From Deinococcota bacterium (GTDB taxonomy: Bacteria > Deinococcota > Deinococci > Deinococcales > Thermaceae): 64,000 nt of DNA. The DNA is taken from positions 32,001-96,000 of the forward strand of contig JBGFRI010000011.1 of the NCBI GenBank assembly GCA_041695225.1. Direction: 5' to 3'. Numbering within the stretch: position 1 is the stretch's first letter; each line of letters starts with the position of its first letter. Under the pieces are notes generated by a model. That model was not told the origin of the DNA, did no database searches, and saw only the letters and a program-made list of their open reading frames with translations. The position numbers and the translations under genes are program-made. Shown here piece after piece: positions 1 through 10,130 of the stretch.

Positions 1-13
1 GGAAGTCCGGGCA

Positions 14-913
14 GTGGCGGGGTGGTTAACTAACCAGTCCTTGCCCTTACCGGAGATTCAGGAGAAGGAGGGACGTTACCATCTACATGCGGACGAGGTT
101 ATCGGAGCAAAAGAAGAGATACCTCAGGGACCTGTAGTGCAGAGATACGGCTTCGCAGTCACCTTTTACGTAGGACCCGCAGGTATTGTAATAGTTTCTG
201 AAGCTGGCTTGATTGCGGATAGCGAGGCTCGCATGGTCTGGGAGATGTCAGGTCGCAAGCTCTCAGCGTTGCCAGCGGTAATCGGCAGTGCTGGCACAGG
301 CTCGGTGCGCTCCTTCGCAGATAAGACAGCGGTTATAGCTTATCTGCGAGGGGCTGAGAAGCTAGATGAACGGGAGATCCGGGCGGTAGCCGGATGGTTG
401 AAAAGGCGGGACTCGCCAGTACCGAAGATTCGGAAAAAGTGGAAACGTTTATGGCCACATGGAGCCCGAGTCACAAGCAGGGAACACCGGCCACGTCGAC
501 GGTGGCGCTGGCCCGGCCTGAAGCGAGTGCTGTTCTACGGAGTTCTGACGCTGTTCAGTCTCGAGCTGGCTGGTGTACTGCTGGCGGCAGTGCTAACCAG
601 TTTTTTTCTTCCGGCCCGGGCCTGGGATGACGGCTCAGACGTAATTGCAGTGTTTATTATGATTGCACCATTGTTGCTGCGCTTTGTCGCATTCCTGGGC
701 TACAGCAAGAGAGATTTTTTACGATGGAGAGGCTTTGTTCTTTTAGGAGTGGGTGCATTGGAAGTCTATCTGGGCTGGACTATGCAAGACCAGTTGGGCT
801 GGTTCCTCGCGCTGGTAGGGTCTGTGAGCATTGCCTGGTGGCTCCTGGGGCTTATGCCCGAACGTAAATCCCATTCCCTAACAGTTAGCAATACTTCCGG
901 GATTTACCGGTAA
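14..913 (+). CDS. Hypothetical membrane protein (C-terminal transmembrane helices); true start may lie elsewhere
   Basis: 299-aa ORF with ~4 hydrophobic helices in the C-terminal third; no family recognised. Confidence 0.5.
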   Translation: MAGWLTNQSLPLPEIQEKEGRYHLHADEVIGAKEEIPQGPVVQRYGFAVTFYVGPAGIVIVSEAGLIADSEARMVWEMSGRKLSALPAVIGSAGTGSVRSFADKTAVIAYLRGAEKLDEREIRAVAGWLKRRDSPVPKIRKKWKRLWPHGARVTSREHRPRRRWRWPGLKRVLFYGVLTLFSLELAGVLLAAVLTSFFLPARAWDDGSDVIAVFIMIAPLLLRFVAFLGYSKRDFLRWRGFVLLGVGALEVYLGWTMQDQLGWFLALVGSVSIAWWLLGLMPERKSHSLTVSNTSGIYR

Positions 914-939
914 CACTGTATTGTCTTATAATGCCTCTT
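903..939 (+). promoter_or_regulatory. Sigma70-type promoter for a leaderless mRNA
   Basis: TTTACC (903-908), 18-nt spacer, TATAAT (927-932), ATG 7 nt downstream at 940, no SD sequence. Confidence 0.55.
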
Positions 940-1806
940 ATGAAGCGATCTATAGTGATTTCTTTACTGGCCCTGTGGTCTATCGTTTTTACGTCTGCCT
1001 CGGCTCAAAGCGTCCTCAGGACCTATTACGCCGATGACCTGGTAAGGATTCCGGGTCTGATCCAGCTCTCTCCGGGCTTTACCACAGTTCTGGACTTCTG
1101 GGATACGGTGAGAACCCTGGCCTCGGCTCGGTCGGAGCTGCTGCGGGTGGAGAGTGCAGGGCCGCGCATTCTGCTATCGGCTACTCAGCCAGCCGGGCGG
1201 ACCGATCTGGTGGTGGAGATAGGTGGCCGTACCTTGTTGTTCACCCTCGAGATCGGCCCAGGAGTGGGGCCCAGGCGGTATGTGATTGAGCTTACCCGTC
1301 CTCGTAGAGGTGAGGCGCTGCCCTCCCCTACTCATCTTCCTCCGGCCAGGGCCCCCGCTCAAGCCCCACGTCCCGTCCCAGCTCCGCCGACGGTGGACGC
1401 ACCGTTACCGAGACCGCAGGCTACAACCCCGGCGGCTGCTGAAGTGGTCCCCTTTAGTCCTGAGCAGGTCGGCTTCACCACTGCGGCTCAGGTGCCTGCA
1501 AGCGCGACGGGAAGGGTGACGATTTTTTTTACCCTGGAGAACCGGGGAGACCGTACTGTGGCAGCCGATCCTGGGAGGCTGGTGATCAGCCAGAGTGGCA
1601 ACCCGGTAACGCACATAATCAAGCGAGAGCCCCTGCGTAGTCTGATTAATCCCGGCGAGTCCCAGTCAGGTCTGATCACCCTGGACGATGTGAGAGCCGG
1701 AGAGATCAGTCTGCACTGGACCCTGGTGCAGATAGGAACGGGCAGGACGCTGGTCATTACGAGGTCGGTAATGGCGGGAACGCGGTTTGAGCTCGAGGGG
1801 CGGTAG
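940..1806 (+). CDS. Secreted T4SS protein, VirB9/TrbG/TraK-like
   Basis: Signal peptide (…ASA-Q), N-terminal IQLSPGFTTVLDF beta motif, Pro-rich linker, beta-rich C-domain; tra context. Confidence 0.5.
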   Translation: MKRSIVISLLALWSIVFTSASAQSVLRTYYADDLVRIPGLIQLSPGFTTVLDFWDTVRTLASARSELLRVESAGPRILLSATQPAGRTDLVVEIGGRTLLFTLEIGPGVGPRRYVIELTRPRRGEALPSPTHLPPARAPAQAPRPVPAPPTVDAPLPRPQATTPAAAEVVPFSPEQVGFTTAAQVPASATGRVTIFFTLENRGDRTVAADPGRLVISQSGNPVTHIIKREPLRSLINPGESQSGLITLDDVRAGEISLHWTLVQIGTGRTLVITRSVMAGTRFELEGR

Positions 1807-2397
1807 GTGGGTGGGGACGGGCTGAGTGAGAAGTACCAACGCCTCTTGCAGAATCTACAGAAACGTGGCCCCCTAACAGTAGAGGAACTGCTTGAGCGGC
1901 GTCTGGTAGCTCGCTCGACTTTTTTTTACCTGGTTAAGAGAGGCTATTTACAGGTGCTGGATACCCTTTTAGGTCAGGCAGTGGTGCCCGGTCCCAGGGG
2001 GCGGCTGATGTTGGGACTGACCCGGTTTTACCGGCCCAGGGCTACCGCAGCAGCGGACGGACTACTCCTGCGGCGGGCTGTCCGGCTGGCCGAGAAAGAA
2101 GGCTGGCGTTTTGTAAGCAAGAATCTGAGGAGCCGCATTGCAGAGCTGCGGAGGAACGGCACAAAGATGCTGGTTATTGCATCGCTAAGTGTCTACAGCG
2201 CCCGCAGTCTGCGAAACACCCTGGAAAACATGGGGTGGTATGAACGCAGAAAACTGGGGACAGCGGAAAGGGTGCGGGTCTATCACCGTTATCCCAGCCG
2301 GTTCCGGCGCATGGAAGAGGAGGGGGGTGGATTGCTGGAAGTGCGGTTGCTGGGTGAGATTCTTCCTTCGGGCAAGAAGGGAACCTCTTTCCCATAG
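1807..2397 (+). CDS. Basic hypothetical protein, possible winged-helix DNA-binding transfer accessory protein
   Basis: 196-aa Arg-rich ORF; N-terminus GPLTVEELL…LVKRGYL resembles a wHTH. Confidence 0.45.
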   Translation: MGGDGLSEKYQRLLQNLQKRGPLTVEELLERRLVARSTFFYLVKRGYLQVLDTLLGQAVVPGPRGRLMLGLTRFYRPRATAAADGLLLRRAVRLAEKEGWRFVSKNLRSRIAELRRNGTKMLVIASLSVYSARSLRNTLENMGWYERRKLGTAERVRVYHRYPSRFRRMEEEGGGLLEVRLLGEILPSGKKGTSFP

Positions 2398-2521
2398 CTC
2401 GGAGTGCGCTAACCTTAACCATGAGTTCCTTTCCGACGAGCGGCGCAGGCCGCGAATCCAGCCCCTTGTCGTATAAGGAAGCAGCTAGTCCTCAGTGCTC
2501 GAATACAAAAGGAGGAAGAAA

Positions 2522-3181
2522 ATGCAAGTCATTGTGTTACCCGAAATCATCAGCTCTGATCAGCTCGACGCCTGGCTGAGCCGCGAGCTGGTCGTGGAGC
2601 TGAGCAAGGATGTTGTGGATGATCTCACTCCGCGTCCCCTGCGGCTGCCGCTCCTGGAGCAGGGCCGCCCCAGGGGATACCTGGACGGGTGGCTGAAAGG
2701 CATAGAGGAGTCTACGGGATTGCGCTTTCTGACAATCCAGGCTGAACTGGAAGGTCATAGCGTACATGCTTCGGTTACGTGGGACGCGGTGGTCCGGCAT
2801 TTTGATCTTGATGACACCTCCCACATCCTCTGGCGGGCAAGGGAGCTTGATCTGGAAGGCTGGGAGCGCTGGACTGCTGACCTGGCGAAGATTGAACTGG
2901 AGGGAAAAGCTGGAGTGCTGGGGGAGCGGGCAGACCCCAGGCAGCATATCTACCACCTGGAGCCAACCCCGGAGAATGCCTGGGCCCTCTGGCTGGCCGC
3001 CTCGCGATTCGGTAACCAGGTTGGTCTCAGTCTGGGAATGCGGCGGGAGGCCCTGCTTGAGGCGTTTCGCGTACTAAGAGAATGGTTTCCTGAGCTTCCT
3101 TTCACTCTGTTTGAACGCAGTCGGGAGATCGAGGCGTGGGGGAAGGAAAAGGTCAGGAAGTTGAGTAACGTGCGGGCGTAA
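2522..3181 (+). CDS. Hypothetical protein
   Basis: AGGAGG RBS before ATG 2522; 219-aa ORF. Confidence 0.6.
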   Translation: MQVIVLPEIISSDQLDAWLSRELVVELSKDVVDDLTPRPLRLPLLEQGRPRGYLDGWLKGIEESTGLRFLTIQAELEGHSVHASVTWDAVVRHFDLDDTSHILWRARELDLEGWERWTADLAKIELEGKAGVLGERADPRQHIYHLEPTPENAWALWLAASRFGNQVGLSLGMRREALLEAFRVLREWFPELPFTLFERSREIEAWGKEKVRKLSNVRA

Positions 3182-3235
3182 TCCCTGTTCCTGTTCTGGT
3201 TCCAGGCGTAAACATTTGAAAGGGGACAAGGCCTA

Positions 3236-3826
3236 CTACCACCAGGGCGCAACCAACACGTACTTTGGGTCCAGCCCAAATCCGGCCAGCTTTTGCCGCA
3301 AGCTGGCCGCTTTCTTTTCGCTCGGGGCTCCCCAATACTGGCCGGTAAACCGGCGGGTGAAGGTTCTGACCTTGCGTTGCAAAAGGGTCAGGGTGTAACT
3401 GCCAGCATCGTACTCAATGGCAACCGGGCCTGTGTTCGAATACCAGCAGGCATCTGGAGTTTCCCGGAAGTGGATGCGGTCAGTATCAGTGCGCCACTGT
3501 TGCGGCTCGATTTTAAGCATGTGTCGCATCTGCCCCACTCCGGCAAGGTGGCGCAGCAGGTGGGGAGCAATCCGGGTAACCCACAAGTGTGGGGTGTAAA
3601 AGCATACCTCCAAACTCTGATTGGCGTGGTAGGTCAGGTTGAGTACGGCCCGCACTGTACGAAGACCCAGCAGCGCCTGTTCCTTTTCTGAGGGTACAAC
3701 CCGGTAGTGGCGCAATAACTGGCCCTCTGAGAGGGCCAGGTCACAGTGAAGGGCTGTCTGGACGTGCTCGAGGGCTTCTTTACGGGCGTGGCCTTGCAGG
3801 GGTGGGAGTCTCGCTGGGGATAACAA
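3236..3826 (-). CDS. Replic_Relax-like PD-(D/E)XK protein, candidate relaxase
   Basis: LRHLAG…PDA…VAIEYDAGSY…RK motif order typical of replication-relaxation family; downstream of the VirB10-like gene. Confidence 0.55.
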   Translation of the reverse strand: MLSPARLPPLQGHARKEALEHVQTALHCDLALSEGQLLRHYRVVPSEKEQALLGLRTVRAVLNLTYHANQSLEVCFYTPHLWVTRIAPHLLRHLAGVGQMRHMLKIEPQQWRTDTDRIHFRETPDACWYSNTGPVAIEYDAGSYTLTLLQRKVRTFTRRFTGQYWGAPSEKKAASLRQKLAGFGLDPKYVLVAPWW

Positions 3827-5531
3827 AAATCACTACCTCCGTTCCTCTTTCTGCCTGTGCAACCCGCACCATCGCTTTGTTGCCCTGCCGTAGAGCAAAC
3901 AGATCTGCCAGGGAACCGGCCATGAAAAGCCCAAGAGGAGGGGTCTGCGCGGCCTGGGCGACACCGCCTCCCGGTAGGATTGTTACCTGCCGGGCCTGTG
4001 AAGCAGCGGTAACGTAGTCGCTGACACCGCGCAGACTGCCCCGAATAAGGTCGGCGGCAATGGAAGGGGCTTCTTCACGGATCTGCGCCGTAACACCCAG
4101 GGTTCCGCTGTTGTCTAGCAGGGTAGCAGTGACGCTATACTCCCTGCCGCCCCTGATGACATGGGTCAGTCTCCCAGTAAGGCGGCGGGTCTCATCGAGA
4201 CTGACCTGGCCTATCCAGGTAGAGCCGTCTTCTGCATCAACTACAACCGGGCCGGGTGTGCCTTCGGCAATCAGTACGGTGACCCCGAGCCGTCCTCTGA
4301 GCCGGGTGCCAAGGGCATACGGGGCCGCTGGAGGTGCTGCAATAACCTGAGGCGTAGTAGGAGCTTGGGCTGGTAAGGCAGGTGGGAATACCGGGGTTTG
4401 AGCTGGTGGAAAGGGTGGGAAGACGGGCTGAGGGGATGGGGCTAGGGCAGTAGCAGGCGCTGGAGCAGCCCCTGTAGTCTGGGCCTGGCCTGGTGTTCCC
4501 CCTACGAGGAAAAAACTCTGTCCCTGAACATCCTGACCTTCTGCTTGACGAACGGTGAAGCTGGGTTGGGGCGCTGTTTGCAGGGTCAGCCCAGCCCTGG
4601 CTGTATCTCGCTGCGCCGGTGAGCCGCCAATTGGCTGGCCGGTTACCAGGGCTCCCACGTCCTCCGCAAGTGTGCGGGTAGCACCCTGGCCCGGTCCCGG
4701 TCCCGGGGTGGTAGGGGTTGGAGCAGCCGAGAGAGTCAGACGGGGGCTGTCCGCTGCGACTGGACTGGCGGTAGCCAGGGTGAGGGGTCGTGGAGCTTCG
4801 GCCTGGGCCGGCGCTTGAGGAGACTGGGCCTGGAGGGCCGGTGGCGGTGTGTGGGTAAAGAGAGTCATAGGAGGCAGCTGCGGTTGCGTTGTGGCTTCAC
4901 CAGGCGCACCCGGCGGGGGCGGCGGTGGTGTGGCGGTCGTGAACATGGGCGGGGGCGGCATTGCCATATTCTGGGCCTGGGCTTGAGGACCAGGCTGTGT
5001 TACAGCCGTTCCGGTGGGTGTCACCGGCTGGTTGGCCTGGTTGCCAGCGGTTATGTTCTGTTCAGAATTTGCTATATTGGTTTCATTACGGTTTGGCAGC
5101 TGCTGTCCAGCACCTTGTTGAGTTGCAGGACTTATCTGATTACCTGTAGCTGTTTGGAGAGTAACCGTCGCGGGAGTCATCATGGTAGAAAGCATGAGCC
5201 ACCCAGCAGCCCCTAGAGCTATCACCGTGAAACTGACCAGGATCTGCTTGGGACGGGATGGCACCCATTCCCCAGAGAGCTCGTCGTACCGGTCAAGCAG
5301 ACGGCGCTTCAGCCCACTCCACCACTCTCTGCGGCCTACTGCTTTTGCGCTTTCCTCCTCGGGAGTAGGCATCTCGTCGAAAAGGATGGCCGACTCCAGC
5401 TTCTCGGCAAGCGCTGGCTGGGTTCTGCGTAGCTCTAGCAGGAGTTCGTCAAAGGCTGGGTCGGCAGGGCTGGGAATAGACTTTTTGAGGACGGCCTCGA
5501 GTTCGCGTCGGGCTTGCGGATCAAGTCTCAT
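3780..5531 (-). CDS. VirB10/TrbI-like T4SS core protein
   Basis: Cytoplasmic N-terminus, single TM helix, long Pro/Gln-rich linker, C-terminal beta domain starting GTRLRGRLGVTV; likely start ATG 5531 (MRLDPQ). Confidence 0.6.
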   Translation of the reverse strand: MRLDPQARRELEAVLKKSIPSPADPAFDELLLELRRTQPALAEKLESAILFDEMPTPEEESAKAVGRREWWSGLKRRLLDRYDELSGEWVPSRPKQILVSFTVIALGAAGWLMLSTMMTPATVTLQTATGNQISPATQQGAGQQLPNRNETNIANSEQNITAGNQANQPVTPTGTAVTQPGPQAQAQNMAMPPPPMFTTATPPPPPPGAPGEATTQPQLPPMTLFTHTPPPALQAQSPQAPAQAEAPRPLTLATASPVAADSPRLTLSAAPTPTTPGPGPGQGATRTLAEDVGALVTGQPIGGSPAQRDTARAGLTLQTAPQPSFTVRQAEGQDVQGQSFFLVGGTPGQAQTTGAAPAPATALAPSPQPVFPPFPPAQTPVFPPALPAQAPTTPQVIAAPPAAPYALGTRLRGRLGVTVLIAEGTPGPVVVDAEDGSTWIGQVSLDETRRLTGRLTHVIRGGREYSVTATLLDNSGTLGVTAQIREEAPSIAADLIRGSLRGVSDYVTAASQARQVTILPGGGVAQAAQTPPLGLFMAGSLADLFALRQGNKAMVRVAQAERGTEVVIFVIPSETPTPARPRP

Positions 5532-5582
5532 ATGGTAATATAGTATTGCACATATGTGCGTACAACACAGCAAGGAGATGTT

Positions 5583-5915
5583 ATGGTGAAAATGCGCAAT
5601 CTGGTACAGCGGTTTGCCCCTGAGCTGCGGGGTATGGCAGCAGGATTTGCGATGGTGCTGATGATGGGAGCTGCACATGCTCAGGCGGATGCGGCTTTTC
5701 AGCGCCTGACAACGGCGATGTGCAGCATCTACTCTGCACTGGCCGGGCCGTTTGGGGTGGCGGTGGTCATCCTGGTTTTTGCGGTGGGAGCTATTTCGCT
5801 CATGGTTGGTGGACGCAAAGCGGTTCCGATCATGATCGGAGCTGGCATTGGCGGGGTTGTCCTGGCTGCGGCGCCTTCGTTCGCCCGCATTTTCATTGAT
5901 ACCCAGGCCTGCTAA
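5583..5915 (+). CDS. VirB2/TrbC-like pilin
   Basis: AAGGAG RBS; long signal peptide ending AHA-Q, two hydrophobic helices; first gene before VirB3/VirB4. Confidence 0.7.
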   Translation: MVKMRNLVQRFAPELRGMAAGFAMVLMMGAAHAQADAAFQRLTTAMCSIYSALAGPFGVAVVILVFAVGAISLMVGGRKAVPIMIGAGIGGVVLAAAPSFARIFIDTQAC

Positions 5916-6226
5916 TGCGTCGCCGGGTTTATCGCCTTTACCAGCCCATCACGCTACTGGGGTTGGAGCTCTGGCATATTCCCGTGATTGGAATGGGGTT
6001 CAGTCTGGGATTGCGTCTGCTGGACCCCGTTCATCCAATTCTTGGCCTGCTGGGAGGGGCGGTAGTTGGCTGGGTTTTTTTGATGCTGGCTGAGAAGTTG
6101 CGGGAATCTTATCCGGGCGCTGCGCTGTTACACGAAGCAGTCTGGATGGGACAGAGCGATAACTACGTCCCGGGAAAGGATCGAGAGACTACCCCCTTGA
6201 GGTTCTATGGCCGAAGCCAGGAGTAG
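5915..6226 (+). CDS. VirB3/TraL-like small membrane protein
   Basis: 103 aa, two TM helices, translationally coupled between pilin and VirB4. Confidence 0.6.
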   Translation: MRRRVYRLYQPITLLGLELWHIPVIGMGFSLGLRLLDPVHPILGLLGGAVVGWVFLMLAEKLRESYPGAALLHEAVWMGQSDNYVPGKDRETTPLRFYGRSQE

Positions 6227-8744
6227 CGCGGTTAGTTTTTTCACTAAGCCTCGGGAGCGTTCGCTAACCGAGGAGTTTACTTACTGGGAAGTACATGACG
6301 GAGTTATGTTTTTAGAGGATGGGCGGGCAGAGGTTGGCGTCGAGATCGTTATGAAACCAACCCTGTTGATTGAGCAGACTGAGCTCAATGGTCTGCTCTA
6401 TATGGTTCGCAGTGTCTTGCGTCATGGCATACCTCAGGGCAGCCGGGCTCGATTGATTGTCGAGGCAGCGCCTGCTCCCGAGGAATTGGTCGAAGCGTAT
6501 CAGGAATCATTCCAGCCCGAGCATCCCGCTGCATCTCTGATTCAGGCTGAGCGATATGCCTTCTGGAAACGGCTCTGGGCTGAGGGGCAGATCATGCGGC
6601 GGCGGGTCTTTTTGACAGTCTCCTTTGGTAGGAAACGTCCAGTTCGGCTTCCTTATGGGGAGAGCGAACTCAAAGCAGTCCTGCAAGAGGGGGCGAAAAT
6701 CCGCGAGCGCATCCAGATGATCGGTAAGGGCCGGGGGGTGGAGGTGCGGGAGATGGATACCCAGGAGGTATTTGGTCTTTGCTACCGGTATCTGAATCCA
6801 GGCGCACGGCAGAGCGGAGTTCCTCGTTACCGTTCCACCTGGCAGCGTTACCCGAGAGCCGCAGTGGAGAAAATACCAGGTCTTCGGCCTCCAACGCTGC
6901 GGACACACCTGGTTCGGAGCGAGGTGGGCAATTCCAGACGCGATGCCCTCTATGTAGGTGGGCGCTGGATTGGTATGACCAACCTCTACACTATCCCTGA
7001 CGAAACATTTACCGAGATGGGGGATGTCTTAGCCCGAGGGGATGGGGAATTCTACCTGGTAGTGGACTTTTATCACGAACCATATGAAAGAGCTCTCAAA
7101 GCCCTGAAGGGCCGGGCCCGTCGCTTTTACGCTGCTGCTGCCAACCCCGACACCTATGTAGACCCGAATATACGGGTAGGGCAGATTGAAACGGAAGGGG
7201 CCATCCAGCACATCTCGCAGACTGGCGATCATGTCTTCCGGGTGGGAGTAAGTCTGATCTTGATTGAAAAAAAGTGGGAGTCTCTGGAGCGCAGAATGAG
7301 CCAGGTCATGGGACGGCTTGCAGAAATCCCGGGCAACCCCTTCCGGCAGCTGCGTAACGGAGTTTTCGAGCCCTGGAAGACCCGGGCTCCCTTCTGCGGA
7401 GGAGTAAATGATGAGGTGGTCAGTCTGCTGGAGTACAACGCCGCTGATTTTCTTCCGCTCTCGGGAGGGTGGAAGGGCCATGAGAGTCCGGTAGTGCTAT
7501 TTCAGAATCGGTTTTCAGAACTGATTAAGTTTGATCCGTTTACCCCAACCACCGCGAACTGGAATGGCATTGTGGCAGGCGGCTCGGGTTCAGGGAAGAC
7601 GTTTTTTGTGCAGTATGTACTTTCAGATCTACTTAAACGCAACGACGTGGAGATCGTAATCCTGGATAGAGGCCGCAACTACGAGGCCCTGGTGGAGGCG
7701 TTTGACGGGGCTTTTATTGATATTCGGCCCGGTGGGGCCAGCTCGGTCAACATGTTCGATCTGGAGGAGGGACAGGCTGAGCCTACTCCAGAGAAGCTCC
7801 AGGATGTGTTACGTTTCTTGCGGGCCATCCTGCCCCCTGGGGATGACAGGACTGAGGAGGCAGTTGAAAACGCCATTTTGGAGGCGGCCATTGAGCAGAC
7901 TTACAGGCGCACCAGCCCTGACCTGCCCCAGTCGGAGGGTGGTTACAAGAAGGTCTACCAGGGTGCCAGGCTTTCTGATCTGGTACAAACCCTGGTCCTG
8001 GTCGACGAGATTGGGAGCCGGCCAGCTTCCGCGACGGAGAAACAAATGGCTCGCAGCCTGGCTCTGCGACTCCAGTCCTGGGTAGGAGACAGTCCCAAGG
8101 GGCTCTTTCTCGACCGAGAAACAAACATTCCCATCGTACAGGCGCGGGTGGTCTGCTATGAACTGGATGGTTTGAAGGATGACCTGGAAGTAATCGGCAC
8201 ACTCCTCATTGCCGATCTGGTCTGGAAACGGGCTAAAAAGCAGCAGGGTAAGCGGGTGCTGGTGGTCCTGGATGAGGCCTGGAAAGTGTTCCAGTCTCCA
8301 TATGCCAGCAGGCTGATTGAAGAGCTGTATAGGCGATTCCGTTTCCTCGGCGGAGGTATCTGGAGCATTACTCAGAGTCTGGTTGACCTATCCAGAGGCC
8401 CCAGGGCGCTACTGGGAAACACCAGCTTCTTCTTTTTGCTGCGGCTGGCCCACAAAGAGGATGAGGTTGAGGTGATGGCCCGGACAATCGGGATGCCTGA
8501 TCGGGCTATTGCAGTACACGAGCGGCTGACCCAGGTCAAAGGCGTCTACTCAGAGGTGCTGGCCTGGGTCAATACCGTTGGCAGCAAGGAGGGAGAGGTG
8601 CTGGCGGTAATGCCTACGCCAATTGATTACTGGATGTTTACCTCTACTAAAGATGAAGTAAACCAGCGCCGAGAAGCTATCCAACGGTTTGGCGGCGACG
8701 TGATCAGGGCACTGCGCCATCTAGCTTACCGAGGTGAGCAATGA
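6207..8744 (+). CDS. virB4: VirB4/TraC-family conjugative transfer ATPase
   Basis: 845 aa; Walker A GGSGSGKT, Walker B LVVLDEAW, ITQS motif. Confidence 0.9.
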   Translation: MAEARSSAVSFFTKPRERSLTEEFTYWEVHDGVMFLEDGRAEVGVEIVMKPTLLIEQTELNGLLYMVRSVLRHGIPQGSRARLIVEAAPAPEELVEAYQESFQPEHPAASLIQAERYAFWKRLWAEGQIMRRRVFLTVSFGRKRPVRLPYGESELKAVLQEGAKIRERIQMIGKGRGVEVREMDTQEVFGLCYRYLNPGARQSGVPRYRSTWQRYPRAAVEKIPGLRPPTLRTHLVRSEVGNSRRDALYVGGRWIGMTNLYTIPDETFTEMGDVLARGDGEFYLVVDFYHEPYERALKALKGRARRFYAAAANPDTYVDPNIRVGQIETEGAIQHISQTGDHVFRVGVSLILIEKKWESLERRMSQVMGRLAEIPGNPFRQLRNGVFEPWKTRAPFCGGVNDEVVSLLEYNAADFLPLSGGWKGHESPVVLFQNRFSELIKFDPFTPTTANWNGIVAGGSGSGKTFFVQYVLSDLLKRNDVEIVILDRGRNYEALVEAFDGAFIDIRPGGASSVNMFDLEEGQAEPTPEKLQDVLRFLRAILPPGDDRTEEAVENAILEAAIEQTYRRTSPDLPQSEGGYKKVYQGARLSDLVQTLVLVDEIGSRPASATEKQMARSLALRLQSWVGDSPKGLFLDRETNIPIVQARVVCYELDGLKDDLEVIGTLLIADLVWKRAKKQQGKRVLVVLDEAWKVFQSPYASRLIEELYRRFRFLGGGIWSITQSLVDLSRGPRALLGNTSFFFLLRLAHKEDEVEVMARTIGMPDRAIAVHERLTQVKGVYSEVLAWVNTVGSKEGEVLAVMPTPIDYWMFTSTKDEVNQRREAIQRFGGDVIRALRHLAYRGEQ

Positions 8745-10120
8745 AACGTTTGATGAGCCTCCTGGTTTTTCTGGGGCTGGCAGTAGCAGCCCAGCCCTAT
8801 ACGATTGAGGTCAACCCCAGCACAATCTCCGTCGCTCCCGGACAGAGCGCAACGACCTCTTTGACGGTTCTGCCTCGAGACCAGTTTACCGGGACTCTGA
8901 ATATATCCGCCACAAACTTGCCTGGCGGGGTCAGTATAAGTCCAAATAGCATTACGGTCAGTCGCGCCGGAGAGAATGCTACTGTCGATCTGGTTCTTAC
9001 CGCTCCGGCAGGAGCTCCCACCGGCTCTGGGGTGGTACGGCTAACGGTTGGAAGCAGGGTTCACTTCCTGTCGGTTATAGTGGACCCCCGCGCTAACCCT
9101 CCCAGCCAGGCACCTAATCAGTTGCAACAGATCTGGCAGGGGATACAACAGTGGGGCTCGACAGCCTGCACTACCATCAACGCCTTCAGCCTTGAGGGGG
9201 TGCGGTGGATATGCACTATCTACCGTACTCTGAGCCGGGCAGTAGGCATGTGGGATACCGTCCAGAGCGACTTTGAGATGCTCAAGCGGGAAGGTTTCAT
9301 TACCGGGGTCTCCTACCTGGTCAATGGCCTGGCGGGTGAGGCAGGTCTGGCTGAGGTTAACGTTACGGCTGATCAGCTCGAGCGTGATTTCCTGGATTTA
9401 CGTCGCAACTACCGCGCTACGGTATCCCGGATCAATAACTGGCTGCAACGCCAGCGGGATCGCCAGATGAATGCCCTGATCAATAATCCCTATCCCAGCG
9501 GCAGTCCCTCATGGTGGGCGGTAGAGGCGATCAGCCTCAACCCGAACCTCTTGCAGATGGAGCTGTTCCGGCAGGAACAGCAAGTAAGTCTGGGACGGGA
9601 ACTAGGCAAAGTACAGACCACGGTAGGAGCAGCCCAGGCCCCGATTGAGAGGATGGCTGAGGAAGCCAATATGGCTGATGTGGAAAAAGCCCTGGCTGTG
9701 ACCAACCCGGGCATCATACCTGGCCAGGAAGGGGAGGCAGAACGGGTGAGCCGCCGGGCGCAGGAGGCGCAGTCTACCCGCGAGGTGATGCAGGTTCTGG
9801 TAGATGCACAGGCCAGCATAATGCGCCAGAACCTTGCAAACAGTCAGGATATTGTGAACTCGATACGGGAGACTGCTGTGCAGCAGACCTTCACTACCCA
9901 GCAGATTGGCAACCTGGTCAGTCTCAAGATCAGGGAGCGTCAAGCGAAAGCTGACTCCTGGAGAGGCGAGCTGGAAGGAGTGATGGCCCGGGCTGCTCAG
10001 GAGACGGAGGCCCAGCTGCAAAACCTGCGGCTTGTGGCGGCTATGAGCCGGAGTGTGGCCTGTCCAGATGGGGTGCTGGGACCGAACGCATACGGGTATA
10101 TCACCTGTATCCGGCCATAG
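8741..10120 (+). CDS. Secreted T4SS protein, Ig-like N-domain plus VirB5/TrbJ-like helical domain
   Basis: Signal peptide; beta-sandwich-like N-terminus; Gln-rich helical C-terminus; lies between VirB4 and VirB6-like genes. Confidence 0.5.
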   Translation: MKRLMSLLVFLGLAVAAQPYTIEVNPSTISVAPGQSATTSLTVLPRDQFTGTLNISATNLPGGVSISPNSITVSRAGENATVDLVLTAPAGAPTGSGVVRLTVGSRVHFLSVIVDPRANPPSQAPNQLQQIWQGIQQWGSTACTTINAFSLEGVRWICTIYRTLSRAVGMWDTVQSDFEMLKREGFITGVSYLVNGLAGEAGLAEVNVTADQLERDFLDLRRNYRATVSRINNWLQRQRDRQMNALINNPYPSGSPSWWAVEAISLNPNLLQMELFRQEQQVSLGRELGKVQTTVGAAQAPIERMAEEANMADVEKALAVTNPGIIPGQEGEAERVSRRAQEAQSTREVMQVLVDAQASIMRQNLANSQDIVNSIRETAVQQTFTTQQIGNLVSLKIRERQAKADSWRGELEGVMARAAQETEAQLQNLRLVAAMSRSVACPDGVLGPNAYGYITCIRP

Positions 10121-10130
10121 GAGATAGAAG

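Noticed and set aside
5532..5678. N-terminal extension MCSSHHQHH… of the 632-aa ORF
   Set aside because: It overlaps the pilin gene antisense; ATG 5531 with a leaderless -10 box is the better start.
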